A stretch of 64,000 bases of DNA. Source: Candidatus Poribacteria bacterium (GTDB lineage: Bacteria; Poribacteria; WGA-4E; WGA-3G). Made by a program: the position numbers and the translations under genes. The stretch lies in the NCBI GenBank assembly GCA_963665235.2, contig CAXXLX010000001.1:3744001-3808000 (forward strand). The letters run 5' to 3'. How positions within the stretch are numbered: position 1 is the first letter of the stretch; every line of letters begins with the position of its first letter. Positions 51,853 through 62,300 of the stretch are shown piece after piece. A model generated the notes under the pieces. That model worked only from the letters and a program-made list of their open reading frames with translations. It made no database searches and was not told the origin of the DNA.

Positions 51853-52340
51853 TCTATAAATATATCGTCCCTACGGGACTAAGACCCCGCGGAAACCGAT
51901 GCTTCTATAAATATATCGTCCCTACGGGACTAAGACCCCGCGGAAACCGATGCTTCTATAAATATATCGTCCCTACGGGACTAAGACCCCGCGGAAACCG
52001 ATGCTTCTATAAATATATCGTCCCTACGGGACTAAGACCCCGCGGAAACCGATGCTTCTATAAATATATCGTCCCTACGGGACTAAGACCCCGCGGAAAC
52101 CGATGCTTCTATAAATATATCGTCCCTACGGGACTAAGACCCCGCGGAAACCGATGCTTCTATAAATATATCGTCCCTACGGGACTAAGACCCCGCGGAA
52201 ACCGATGCTTCTATAAATATATCGTCCCTACGGGACTAAGACCCCGCGGAAACCGATGCTTCTATAAATATATCGTCCCTACGGGACTAAGACCCCGCGG
52301 AAACCGATGCTTCTATAAATATATCGTCCCTATGGGACTA
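51853..52340. repeat. Tandem array of 9 full plus 1 partial identical 51-bp units with a REP-like hairpin, inside an ACGTGAG-ended shell (about 51816-52469)
   Basis: TCTATAAATATATCGTCCCTACGGGACTAAGACCCCGCGGAAACCGATGCT repeated. Confidence 0.97.
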
Positions 52341-52524
52341 ACCAGTATTCGGGCAAGCAGGACGACAAGGGTCGCGGGGTCTCAATGATGAGATTGACTA
52401 TGGGACTAACCAGTATTCGGGCAACCAGCCCGCTCTTCATACTAGGGAAAACTTTTTTCAAACTCACGTTTTATAGATGTATATATGTTCCTTTGTAGGA
52501 GCGTGCTGTGCACGCGATACATTA

Positions 52525-52768
52525 TACCATTTTTATTAATTATTCTATCATTACCGGTTGTTAGAAATGAAACGGAGAACGGAAGACCCAAACTGGAAGT
52601 TTAGGCTACAACAAAGAACACAAACTGGAAGTTTAGGCTACAACAAAGAACACAAACTGGAAGTTTAGGCTACAACAAAGAACACAAACTGGAAGTTTAG
52701 GCTACAACAAAGAACACAAACTGGAAGTTTAGGCTACAACAAAGAGACATTTTCAATTAGAAATGGTA
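52525..52768. mobile_element. MITE with TACCATTT ends carrying 5 x 32-bp REP units
   Basis: TTA|TACCATTT...AAATGGTA|TTA; same shell as 35846-36247; unit AGAACACAAACTGGAAGTTTAGGCTACAACAA. Confidence 0.88.
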
Positions 52769-52928
52769 TTATATCACGTACTTCCACTTAATATCGCGAG
52801 TACAGCTCGCTCCTCCAGAAGGAGAAAAGCCCTAATATCGCGAGTACAGCTCGCTCCTTCAGAAGAAGAGTTTTGTTGAACAAACGACGAAAAATAGGGA
52901 AAACTAAATAGCTCTGGATTAATAGCGA

Positions 52929-53948
52929 TTAGGTTGGTGGGACAGACTGAACACAGCGAAACCCGATGCTCGGGACCGCAAACGAAGGGACATCTCTGCG
53001 CCGGAGGGTGACACGTAAAAACTGCGGCGGATGGTACCAGGAACCCCCACGGAATACACGAGAATCTTTAATAACCGCAAAATTGGAAAGAATGCGTTCA
53101 ATACTACTGTCCGGTATTGGATTTCGACGCGGTGAACGTTTGTAGAAATCTACGTGATACGCATCAAGGCACCATTCGCGGACATTCCCGACCATATCGG
53201 ACAACCCGTATCCGTTAGGTGGATACGTTCCGACTGGGGTTGTCCGAATTGTGGTTATGCGTCCATCCCAACTTTTGCCGTAGTTCGCCTTACTCGGGTC
53301 AATGGTATCCCCCCATGGATAGGTTTTTCCTGTTAATCCGCCGCGTGCTGCCTTTTCCCATTCTGCCTCTGTTGGCAACCGTTTTCCCGCCCATTGTGCA
53401 TAGGCCATCGCTGCATACCAGCTGACTGAAACAACAGGATAGTTGCCTTTTCCGAGCGGATAACTCTCATCATCCCAGAGTTTGAGGTAGTTTCCATCGT
53501 GGTATTCTTCCCGAATATGCGTCTTGGACCACTGTGGGTTGGCATCAACAAAAGCCCTATACTGTGCATTGGTTACCGTGTAGCGGTCCATGTAAAATTC
53601 ATCGAGATAGACAGTATGGCGCGGACTTTCATCTTCGGTATCGGCAGTGCTGCTTCCCATCTGAAACTCCCCTGCGGGAATCAGTACCATTTCGGCATGA
53701 TCTTTCCCAAAAAAGGTACGATATTCAACATTTTGTCTGGGTTCCGGTGTTTCTGTCTTCCGTTCTGCAAGACCGCGTAGCACCTCATAAGCTTCCGTAA
53801 TTTCTCTAAACTTAGCGGCGGCTGCTTCATCTCCCGGATTTTTATCGGGGTGATACGTCAATGCAAGTTGACGGTAAGCCTTTTTGATTTGTGCCTCAGA
53901 GGCATTGTGAGGCACATTCAAAATTGCGTAATAATCGCGTTTTGGCAT
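52929..53948 (-). CDS. DnaJ-domain / FGE-sulfatase (SUMF1) fusion protein
   Basis: DYYAIL...YHPDKN J-domain; [19 protein letters not shown] and GFRC motifs. Confidence 0.88.
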   Translation of the reverse strand: MPKRDYYAILNVPHNASEAQIKKAYRQLALTYHPDKNPGDEAAAAKFREITEAYEVLRGLAERKTETPEPRQNVEYRTFFGKDHAEMVLIPAGEFQMGSSTADTEDESPRHTVYLDEFYMDRYTVTNAQYRAFVDANPQWSKTHIREEYHDGNYLKLWDDESYPLGKGNYPVVSVSWYAAMAYAQWAGKRLPTEAEWEKAARGGLTGKTYPWGDTIDPSKANYGKSWDGRITTIRTTPVGTYPPNGYGLSDMVGNVREWCLDAYHVDFYKRSPRRNPIPDSSIERILSNFAVIKDSRVFRGGSWYHPPQFLRVTLRRRDVPSFAVPSIGFRCVQSVPPT

Positions 53949-54033
53949 TGTCTTTTTTCCTAGTGATTGAATGATTTGGGGAGAGACATCGGAAGGTATA
54001 AAGCTCGGCACATCTACAAAGACACCAATGCGT

Positions 54034-54441
54034 TTAGGAGGTGGGTACACCGATGGACGCATGGATTTGGACAAATTTCCACGTATCGTCGACTTTTTCT
54101 AAGACACCTGTCATCCGCATTAGGAATTCTTCTGCGGTGCCCTGCCATTTAAGTTGCCAGGTCTGTTGTGTATAAAACCACGCCATCTCGTTTCGTTCCT
54201 GTACATCAAGGCTGATAACTGTGATGCTGAAATCCTCAGTGCTGGCGACGTGGTTCCGGTAGTAGGCCGTAATTTCGGTTGGCCCTTCAACAATTTCGCC
54301 TATATCCGTGCCGATTTTGACGTAGTATCCGGCAGGGTGCATCATTGAAATGAGGGTTTCAGCATCTCTTTGAACGAGCGCGTCAAAATATGTGGTTATG
54401 GTCTCATGTGCATTCAACATCGTGAATACCGGTGAGTGCAT
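54034..54441 (-). CDS. SnoaL/NTF2-like protein (start may be 54420)
   Basis: RMTGVL...WKFVQIHAS motif. Confidence 0.85.
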   Translation of the reverse strand: MHSPVFTMLNAHETITTYFDALVQRDAETLISMMHPAGYYVKIGTDIGEIVEGPTEITAYYRNHVASTEDFSITVISLDVQERNEMAWFYTQQTWQLKWQGTAEEFLMRMTGVLEKVDDTWKFVQIHASIGVPTS

Positions 54442-54994
54442 CCCACAATACCCGACTCATTTGCGCGCATGCTTGGACAACGGTGCCGTGAGAATCCGCT
54501 GGCAACGCCCCAATTCGTTCAAGCAGTTTTTCCGATTCGTGCTCGTTGTGTGAATGCGTTTCAAAATAGGGCTCTACCGTTTCTGGGAGTTGATAGAACG
54601 TCTTCAATCCTGCTAATTTCGATTGGGCGGTCTCTGGTTGTTGTGCTTCAAACGCATAGAGCGCGCCTAACGCGGTTGTGGGTTCGGAGAAAAGGGTGTC
54701 CGCTGTCTGTAACAGTGCCTTAACCTGCGGAATTTGTGCTTCTGAAACCGTAGTGTCAAGTCCATCAGCGAAGTCAGCCCACATGTCGATGTGTTCCGTT
54801 TCCTCTTCGGCTGTTTCGGGGTCATCTAGTGTTTCCCATCCCTTCGGCAGAGTTGCGATGAAGGCCCCGTATTCACGTGCATAACATTGCAACGCTCCTA
54901 TGGACAATTCGCCGGCACTCCATGCTTGATAGAACGGATGCTTGAGTAGGTTGTAATCCGCGATTTTACTGTCTAACGTTCGTTTGAAATCCAT
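54404..54994 (-). CDS. CADD/PqqC/TenA-like iron-containing redox enzyme
   Basis: LLKHPFY...W, EH...W, ALYAFE, SKLAGL and YFETH motifs. Confidence 0.85.
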   Translation of the reverse strand: MDFKRTLDSKIADYNLLKHPFYQAWSAGELSIGALQCYAREYGAFIATLPKGWETLDDPETAEEETEHIDMWADFADGLDTTVSEAQIPQVKALLQTADTLFSEPTTALGALYAFEAQQPETAQSKLAGLKTFYQLPETVEPYFETHSHNEHESEKLLERIGALPADSHGTVVQACAQMSRVLWDALTGIHDVECT

Positions 54995-55228
54995 CAAATT
55001 GGGTACTCCGTTTCTTTTTTGATAAATCCGGTTTGTTATAGACTTGCAGGCAAGCCTGCAAATTACGTTTTAAATCTGCTATTTTTTTAGTATAGCATAC
55101 CGTATATTTTTATGTCAAGGAAAATGTTTTTGCCTTACAAAGAATTCATTTGACATTTTCTGTGAAGTATGTTATTCTATAATCGGGTTAGCAATAGAAT
55201 ATCCCTTTATTAGAAAAAGGGGGAATTT

Positions 55229-55893
55229 ATGAACAATAAAATAATCAGCATGTTAGATGCGCTTGATTATTCAGAACTACGGCAATTTCCGGAGCGGAGC
55301 TCGCTTTGGCTTCTTAACACTTGGTATAACTTGCGGGGTCTCGTGCAGCTCGTTGACAGTCCTATTGTGCCGCATCTCGATTTTGAGAATGCTGTGTGGA
55401 GCGTCTGCTATCGCTTGGTCCTGATGAAGCAAACCAGCGTGACAAAGTTTTATCGTATCTTTACATGTTGATTTTTGGTCGTAGGCCGCGTGAAGAGCGT
55501 GAAGGTTTAGTTCATGTGATTCACGATTTGATAGAGGATAAATCGCTTAGGGCGAAGGAGGAATCAAGAGTGCAAACAATAGCCCAATCCCTTTTTGAGG
55601 ATGGTATGAAAGCCGGTGAACAACGCGGTGAAGTTCGTGCGAAACGGGAGGTTACCCTGAAAACCCTACACACACGGTTCGACGATGTGCCGGATGAACT
55701 TACTCGTAAAATCGGGAGGATGCGCAGCCTCAAACGCCTAGATGCCATATTCACACAGGTGTTAGAGGCACAATCTCTCGTAAAATCGGGAGGATGCGCA
55801 GCCTCAAACGCCTAGATACAACGCGGCCATATTCACGAAACAGGTGTTAGAGGCACAATCTCTCGAGGATATAGAGTGGATATAGAGTGGTAA
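55229..55893 (+). pseudogene. Degenerate Rpn-like gene (internal deletion, frameshift and 3' duplication)
   Basis: Two overlapping ORFs give the Rpn N-terminal and C-terminal parts; 74-bp tandem duplication starting at 55703 and 55777. Confidence 0.75.
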
Positions 55894-55924
55894 TGGATTA
55901 TTTCAATTCTGAGGGAGGCATTTA

Positions 55925-56668
55925 ATGACTGAAGAACAGAAATTTATTTTCGATCTAAAGGGCTATTTACTGATTCCGGAAGTGTTGAAACCTGCGGAGA
56001 TTGAAGCACTGAAGACGCAGATTGAAACCATCCGAACGAATCCCGAAGCATTACCGCCGCACGAACGACAGTTTCCTGGGGGTACTGCTTCGTTTTTAAT
56101 TGACCATCCCGTGATAATTGATATTCTCCGTGAAATTTTGGGGGAAATCCGGATGGAATCCAGCTGGTTTACCTACCGCTCAGAAGGACACGGAGGGCCG
56201 CCACCCCACGGCGGTGTGCGAAACGTCAATCCGAATTTCAGCTATCAGTGCCACAACGGAAAGATATATTCGGCACTGACACGGGTTGTCTTCGAATTGA
56301 ACGAAGTAAAGGCGGGGGAAGGGGGAACGTTATTCCTTCCAGGAAGCCATAAAGCGAACTTTCATATTCCAGAAGCACACCGGCAGGTGGATTCACCGCT
56401 CTTTGAAACATACAGCTGTCCGCCCGGTTCAGCGATTATCTTCACAGAAAATCTCTGTCATTCTGGGGATACGTGGAAAAATCCGGATAGACCGCGAATC
56501 GCTGTCTTCAATTGCTATAACTTCGTTGGCTGCCAATTTCATAGACCCTCAGTGCCGAAACATATCATAGAGGGTTTGCCCTCGGAGAAGCAGGCATATT
56601 TCCGTAACGTGTGGGTGTGGCATCAGGGGGGTCCGGACAATGGGAAAAATCTTCGCTATGATGGATGA
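55925..56668 (+). CDS. PhyH family protein (HGG variant)
   Basis: FDLKGYL, PHGG and PGSHKAN motifs; paralog of 31540-32328. Confidence 0.88.
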   Translation: MTEEQKFIFDLKGYLLIPEVLKPAEIEALKTQIETIRTNPEALPPHERQFPGGTASFLIDHPVIIDILREILGEIRMESSWFTYRSEGHGGPPPHGGVRNVNPNFSYQCHNGKIYSALTRVVFELNEVKAGEGGTLFLPGSHKANFHIPEAHRQVDSPLFETYSCPPGSAIIFTENLCHSGDTWKNPDRPRIAVFNCYNFVGCQFHRPSVPKHIIEGLPSEKQAYFRNVWVWHQGGPDNGKNLRYDG

Positions 56669-56736
56669 GCAGACGTTTTGTAGGTCCGGTTGAACGGAGA
56701 AAAAACCGCCAAAGGAGGCTCCATTTTTTACTTAAA

Positions 56737-56830
56737 CAGGACTTACGCAAATAGAACAGATTTTTCGGGTTTTCGCAGAGGTCTACCCCCTAACCCACCC
56801 GGAGGCGGGGGAGGGAATGCGTAAGTCCTA
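56737..56830. mobile_element. 94-bp MITE with CAGGACTTACGCA ends
   Basis: CAGGACTTACGCA...TGCGTAAGTCCTA; homologous to the ends of 39548-39893. Confidence 0.85.
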
Positions 56831-56843
56831 TTTAAAAATACAT

Positions 56844-57164
56844 ATGTTAGATAAATCAATGCCTTACCAAGATATTAAAGAGCAGCTTATTTTACGTGAC
56901 CATCTCGCGGTGGACCGCACTATTCTGGCTAACGAGCGGACATTTCTCGCCTATATCCGTACAGCTATCACCCTATTTGTGGCAGGATTATCGTTTATCC
57001 ATTTCAGGATTCTTGGCGTGCCTCTCATTGACATAACGGTTGGTATCATTTTTATAGTGTTCGGCACCTGCACCTTCCTTGTGGGGCTCGTCAGATATAA
57101 AGGGATGCAGGGACGCATTCGCGAGATTAATCACGAAGAATTAGAGGAGAAAAATCCGTTATGA
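56844..57164 (+). CDS. DUF202 (YidH-like) membrane protein
   Basis: LANERTFLAYIRT motif. Confidence 0.9.
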   Translation: MLDKSMPYQDIKEQLILRDHLAVDRTILANERTFLAYIRTAITLFVAGLSFIHFRILGVPLIDITVGIIFIVFGTCTFLVGLVRYKGMQGRIREINHEELEEKNPL

Positions 57165-58183
57165 AGATAAAAGAGGTGGTTGTCACCGGGCAGAACCGGG
57201 CGGAATTGCAAACGAACGAAATAGACATGCCCATCCTTTCACCTAACGAATTGCTGATAGATACGGAATATACGTTTATCAGCAGCGGGACAGAGCTTGC
57301 AAACTATACCGGTAGAGACCCGAAGGTTTTTCAGAAGGGTACATGGTGCGCCTATCCGTGGCGTTCCGGTTATGCGAACGTCGGAATTGTACGCGATGTC
57401 GGTACCGGGGTTACCCGAGCTGCTCCAGGCGACCGTGTCTTTACTTATGGGCGACACGCTTCAACGTTTCGATACTCACAGAATAGACTGGTCGCAGCTG
57501 TGGACGCAACGGTTGACCCGGCGGTTATCGCAGCATCCCGCATGGCAGGCGTTGCAATGACAGCAATTATCGTTGGAGAAATTGAGACGAATGCCCGTGT
57601 CATTGTCTTCGGATTAGGATTGGTCGGCAATTTAGCAGCGCAGATGTTCCAGATTCACGGATGCCGCGTCATCGGGGTTGACCCGGTGGAAGCGAGACGC
57701 AAATTGGCACAGCGATGCGGAATTATAGAAACCATCGGCGGAGATGCTGACGCAGTTCAAACACAACTTGGAGACATGACTAAGGGTGAACTCGGTAATA
57801 TCACCGTCGATGCGGTTGGACATAGCAACGTTGTTATGCAGGCACTTCGCGCTACCGCGAACTACGGCCAGTTGATTATACTCGGCTCACCGCGCGTCTC
57901 TGTTCCCGGGGATTTGACCGACCTGCTATCTGAAACCCATTTGCGCTGGATTACTATCCGTGGCGCATTGGAATGGTGTGTGCCGATGTACCCTGATACG
58001 GGTAACCGTACCTCGCAATTCAGCAAACAGCAGACTATTTTCGATTGGATGGCGCGCGGAAAGCTGCAGGTTGAACCGTTAATCTCTCATCGGCTCAAAC
58101 CTGAAAACATTAAGCAAGCTTACGACGGCCTCCTTAACGAACCGAATGTCTATACGGGGGTTGTCCTGGATTGGACCGTTTGA
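57161..58183 (+). CDS. Medium-chain (zinc-binding-type) dehydrogenase
   Basis: ISSGTE, SGY and GLGLVG motifs. Confidence 0.88.
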   Translation: MKIKEVVVTGQNRAELQTNEIDMPILSPNELLIDTEYTFISSGTELANYTGRDPKVFQKGTWCAYPWRSGYANVGIVRDVGTGVTRAAPGDRVFTYGRHASTFRYSQNRLVAAVDATVDPAVIAASRMAGVAMTAIIVGEIETNARVIVFGLGLVGNLAAQMFQIHGCRVIGVDPVEARRKLAQRCGIIETIGGDADAVQTQLGDMTKGELGNITVDAVGHSNVVMQALRATANYGQLIILGSPRVSVPGDLTDLLSETHLRWITIRGALEWCVPMYPDTGNRTSQFSKQQTIFDWMARGKLQVEPLISHRLKPENIKQAYDGLLNEPNVYTGVVLDWTV

Positions 58184-58226
58184 AAGCACTAGAGACGTTA
58201 GAAATAGACAGAAAAGTAGGCATAAC

Positions 58227-59147
58227 ATGGAACAGACACAATTCTTCAACAACTGTACTCAATCGGCATTACCGCCGGGGCTGGACGTGAGATTCAACAA
58301 AAATCGGGTGGCGGCTATTACGTTTTCGCCCGATGGTACACGGCTAGCAGCGGGCGGGGATGGACGTATCTGGATATATGATGTAACGCGCGGTGTGCAA
58401 TTCGCTATGCTCTCCGGACATACCGACCGGGTTCGCGCGTTAGCCTTTACGCCAGATAACGGCACGCTCGTAAGCGGGGGTGAGGATAGGACGCTCCGGT
58501 TGTGGGATATAGAAACCGCCCAGGAGACATCCGCACTTACCGAGAACGCCTCTAATCTCGTCAATGCCCTTGCCTCTTCTCCAGATGGTGTGCCCCTTTC
58601 CGGGTGGCATGAAGGCACTGGACGTTTTCTGGCCGCTTTAACGGCTGACCCAGGACAGGTTAGAGCGTTAGCGTTCGGACCAGACGGAACAGTGTTTGCA
58701 AGTGGCGGGACAGATGGAAAGATTCGCGTGTGGGACCTAGAGACAGGGCATGAGCTGTTATCAATTTCGGCGCACGATGGGTTGGTCTTGGCGTTGGCAT
58801 TCTCCCCGGATGGCAAACACCTTGCAAGTGGCGGTTCAGATGCAATTGTGCGGTTATGGGAATTGGACAGCAAACGTCTCCTGTCAACCTTGACCGGGCA
58901 CAGAGATTCAATCAACGCGTTAGCCTTCTCTATAGAGGGCGGAATTCTTGCAAGTGGCGGGAGAGACGACTCTATTCGGGTGTGGGACGCACACGCGCAG
59001 AATCTCATCTCCACCCTTCCTGTGCAAGCAAAGCACGTCTGGGAATTGGCGTTCTGGCAAAAAGAGCAGGATGGAACGGCAACGCCTATAAACGGTCAGC
59101 AGCTCGGAATTGTAGGCAGGGATGGGACGTTTTTTATCGTGGAATAA
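58227..59147 (+). CDS. WD40-repeat protein
   Basis: GH...ALAFSPDG...SGG.D...WD repeats. Confidence 0.92.
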   Translation: MEQTQFFNNCTQSALPPGLDVRFNKNRVAAITFSPDGTRLAAGGDGRIWIYDVTRGVQFAMLSGHTDRVRALAFTPDNGTLVSGGEDRTLRLWDIETAQETSALTENASNLVNALASSPDGVPLSGWHEGTGRFLAALTADPGQVRALAFGPDGTVFASGGTDGKIRVWDLETGHELLSISAHDGLVLALAFSPDGKHLASGGSDAIVRLWELDSKRLLSTLTGHRDSINALAFSIEGGILASGGRDDSIRVWDAHAQNLISTLPVQAKHVWELAFWQKEQDGTATPINGQQLGIVGRDGTFFIVE

Positions 59148-59169
59148 CGCAAGTTGTTACATAGTACTA

Positions 59170-59366
59170 ACGTGAGTTTGAAAAAAGTTTTGACTTCTTA
59201 GCCCAGTACAGGCGGTCCGTTTATAGAAAACCGATAACGCCAAAACTCGTAGTCCCGTAGGGACGATATATTTATAGAAAACCGATAACGCCAAAACTCG
59301 TAGTCCCGTAGGGACGATATATTTATAGAGGTTAGCACAAACGGACATTTATTATCAAGCTCCCGT
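59170..59366. mobile_element. TA-flanked MITE (ACGTGAG ends) carrying three family-A hairpin units
   Basis: TA|ACGTGAGTTTGA...TCAAGCTCCCGT|TA; 51-bp periodicity inside. Confidence 0.85.
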
Positions 59367-59376
59367 TAGTCCTAGA

Positions 59377-62300
59377 CTACTCTGCCAATTTCAAATCCGC
59401 AAAGGGGTTTCCTTCCGTATCGGTGATGCGGAGATAGAATCCCCAAGGGAGCGTTTCATTGCACACCTTCACCATAACCGTGTTTTTGCCGGCGATAAGC
59501 GTTACAGGAATAGTGCGGCGGTCTATTTGCGCGCCCCGCGTTCTTCTATGGGCATACACCTTTTTACCGTTCAACCAAACCTTGCCTTGGTCATCGCTGT
59601 CAAACTTGATGTGTGCTTCGCGTTCCTCGGGGGCGGTAAACGAAATATAGGCATACGCGACGAGCTGTTTTTCATCGTCCCCAAAACTGAAGAATCCATC
59701 AAAGGTTTTGTCATTCCCCTGTTTCCAACTCACCTGTCCATCTACGCCATCATATTTTGCGGATGTGTCAATCTGCCCGGTTTCTTCAGGAATGTAGGCG
59801 GTATTATACCCGCGTCCCTTTGTATTGTCAAAGGGGCCGAGGGTGACCCATAAGGTTTCAGGGAAAAAGCCAGCTTTTTGAACATAAGTTTTTGCCGCGT
59901 CTGTCATGCCGAGTTCACGACAGAATTCAGCTAAGGTAAGGTTAGCGTTTACTTTGTCACCCACGGGTTCCGGTATAGTCTCAATCAATTTACCAATCAT
60001 CTCAACATAGCCGTTTTTGTCTTTTACATGCTTGCCCGCTTCGGCGACGCGCTTCAGGAGTTGTTCTACCGGATTTCCGCGGAGTCTTCCCGACTGACTG
60101 CTGAGATTGAGGCTGCGCTGAAACTGTTCAAGGGCATTTTCATACTGCTCATTGGCGAGATATGCATGCCCCAGGGTGAACAAGTAGGTTGAATCTGCCC
60201 TGTTATTAGCGGCGAGTTTGGCAAGTCGCAGTGCTAGCTCGGGTATGACATTTTTGTTAAGAAGCTGCTGGGCAAGTTGATGATAGTCCGCCCCGTGCTG
60301 GTGGTCCTCTTCTCTCTGCCGAATTTCGAGCCACTGGGTGTATGCCTGCGCGGCTTTTTCGGCGTTCCCCGATTCTATATATGTATCGCCTAACAGTTTG
60401 TACAGGAGCACACTCTGTGCTGTCTTTGTGCTGAGTTCTTCAAGGACAGCAATCCGTTTATCTGTTTCTGTCAGTTCCAAGATAGCTTTGACCGCTAAAT
60501 CCTGTTCTTCTGATGTAAGGGGTGCCTCCAGTGCGCGCCGATATACCGCTGCCGCTTCTGCTGAATTGTCCCTATTTCTGTGAGTTTTTGCTAAGAGGTC
60601 ATAGAGTTCAAAAGAATTCGGTTCAAGCCCAAGTGCCTTTTCGTACGCAGCGGCTGCTTTCGCCAATCGTTCATTCCTATCTGTTTGATTAGACCTTTCG
60701 TATAACCCCCCGACTGTTCTATGCCATTTGACAACATCAGGTTGTAGTGCACTAATTTTAAGGTATTGCGCAATTGCCTCGTCAACTTTGTTGCTTAATT
60801 CGTAGGTTTGGGCGAGTGCAAGTCTTGCATCGATGTCATCCGGGTTGGCTTCAACCTTTTTGCGCTGTTCAGGGATACGTTTTTCGTGGAGGTTTCCATC
60901 CCTATAAGCCTGTTTTATTGCCTTTTCTGCACGCTCTTTGTCATTAGGAGAAATGTCTGCAAGCTGCTGATATGCGGTGACAGCCTCCTCATACTGCTCC
61001 GTGCGAAGATAACATTCTCCGAGGAGTTCATATAAATGTTGTAACTTCCATTTATTATTGGTACGGTTGAGCTTGTCCGCCTCTATCATTTTGACTGCCT
61101 CCTTAAAGAGGGCAATAGCGGGGCTGTACATTTTATTTTGAAAGCAGATAGAGCCGAGTCCACAGGGGAGCGTGACTTTATCTTTCCAGGGGCTTTTTGG
61201 GAGTGCTTGGGTACCCCGATTCAAAAATTCGGTTGCCAGTTCCACTTTGCCAATTTTGTTCAGAGAAGCAGCCGCGTAATAAAAATAGTGAACATTGCTG
61301 GGTGCAACTTCGCTGAGCTTCTGGTAAACCTCCGCAGCTTTTTCGTGATTATTGGAACGCCGATATATTTCAGCAACCCCTTCAAGAATATGTTTAGTCT
61401 CCGGTGTCTTTTCAAGCTTCGCTTCAAAAATTGCTTGCAACTGATTGAGTTGCCCCGTGCTTAGATACGTTCGACTTAAAATCTCACGCATCTCATCGCC
61501 GGGAAAATGAACCTTGAAACCTTCTAAACCGCTATAATAACTGATGGACAAATTGTTCGGGTCGTTTGCTTCAGCCAGTGCCACTTCTTCATACAATTTT
61601 ACGGCAAGCTCACTGTTACCGAGCCGGGCATATTCCAGCATCAGAAATTTAGAGATATCCTCTCTGTCACTGCTATCGGTTGTCATATTCCGTGCCTTTT
61701 TAAAGGCTTCCACCGCCTTTTCGGATTGCCGTTTTTGACTGTAGTGTTGGGCGAGTTCCATTTGCATATCATACGTGATGGTTCCAGCCTTTTCTGCTTC
61801 TTCGAGAAATTCCGCCATCTTACCACTTTGGCGATAAAGGTCCATTATCTGTCGTTCAATCTGGTGTCGCCAGTGAGATTCGGTTGTTAATTCGAGGGCT
61901 CTCTGATAAGCCTTTGCAGCCTTTTCCAATTCACCTGTATGTCGGTAGCGGTCGGCTATATTCTTTTGCATTTCAAACGTTAGGATTCCCTGTTCTTCTG
62001 CTTCTTTGAGATATTCCTCTAATTTTCCGAGGCTGGAATAGATGTCCATCAGTTCCCTATTAACGTCCCGCCTTTCATAAGTGCTTGTAGCCATGCCAAG
62101 TGCTTTCTTGTAAGCAGTTATAGCTTTTTCGGTTTTCCCCTCAGTTCGGTAGATAGATGCCCGCTGCTTTTGCATGTCAAACGTTAACGTTCCCTGCTCT
62201 TCTGCCTGCTTCAAAACCGCTTCAAATTTACCTTGGCGTTGATAAAGTTGCAGCAGCTGCGCTTCTATCTCTTTTCGATTCCTACTCTGTCCCGCATATT

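Noticed and set aside
51853-52340. CRISPR array
   Set aside because: The inter-hairpin segments are identical rather than unique spacers, and there are no cas genes.
51834-52388. 184-aa repeat protein ORF (and the similar ORF at 59157-59348)
   Set aside because: It is a by-product of a 51-bp stop-free repeat inside a MITE shell and has no RBS.
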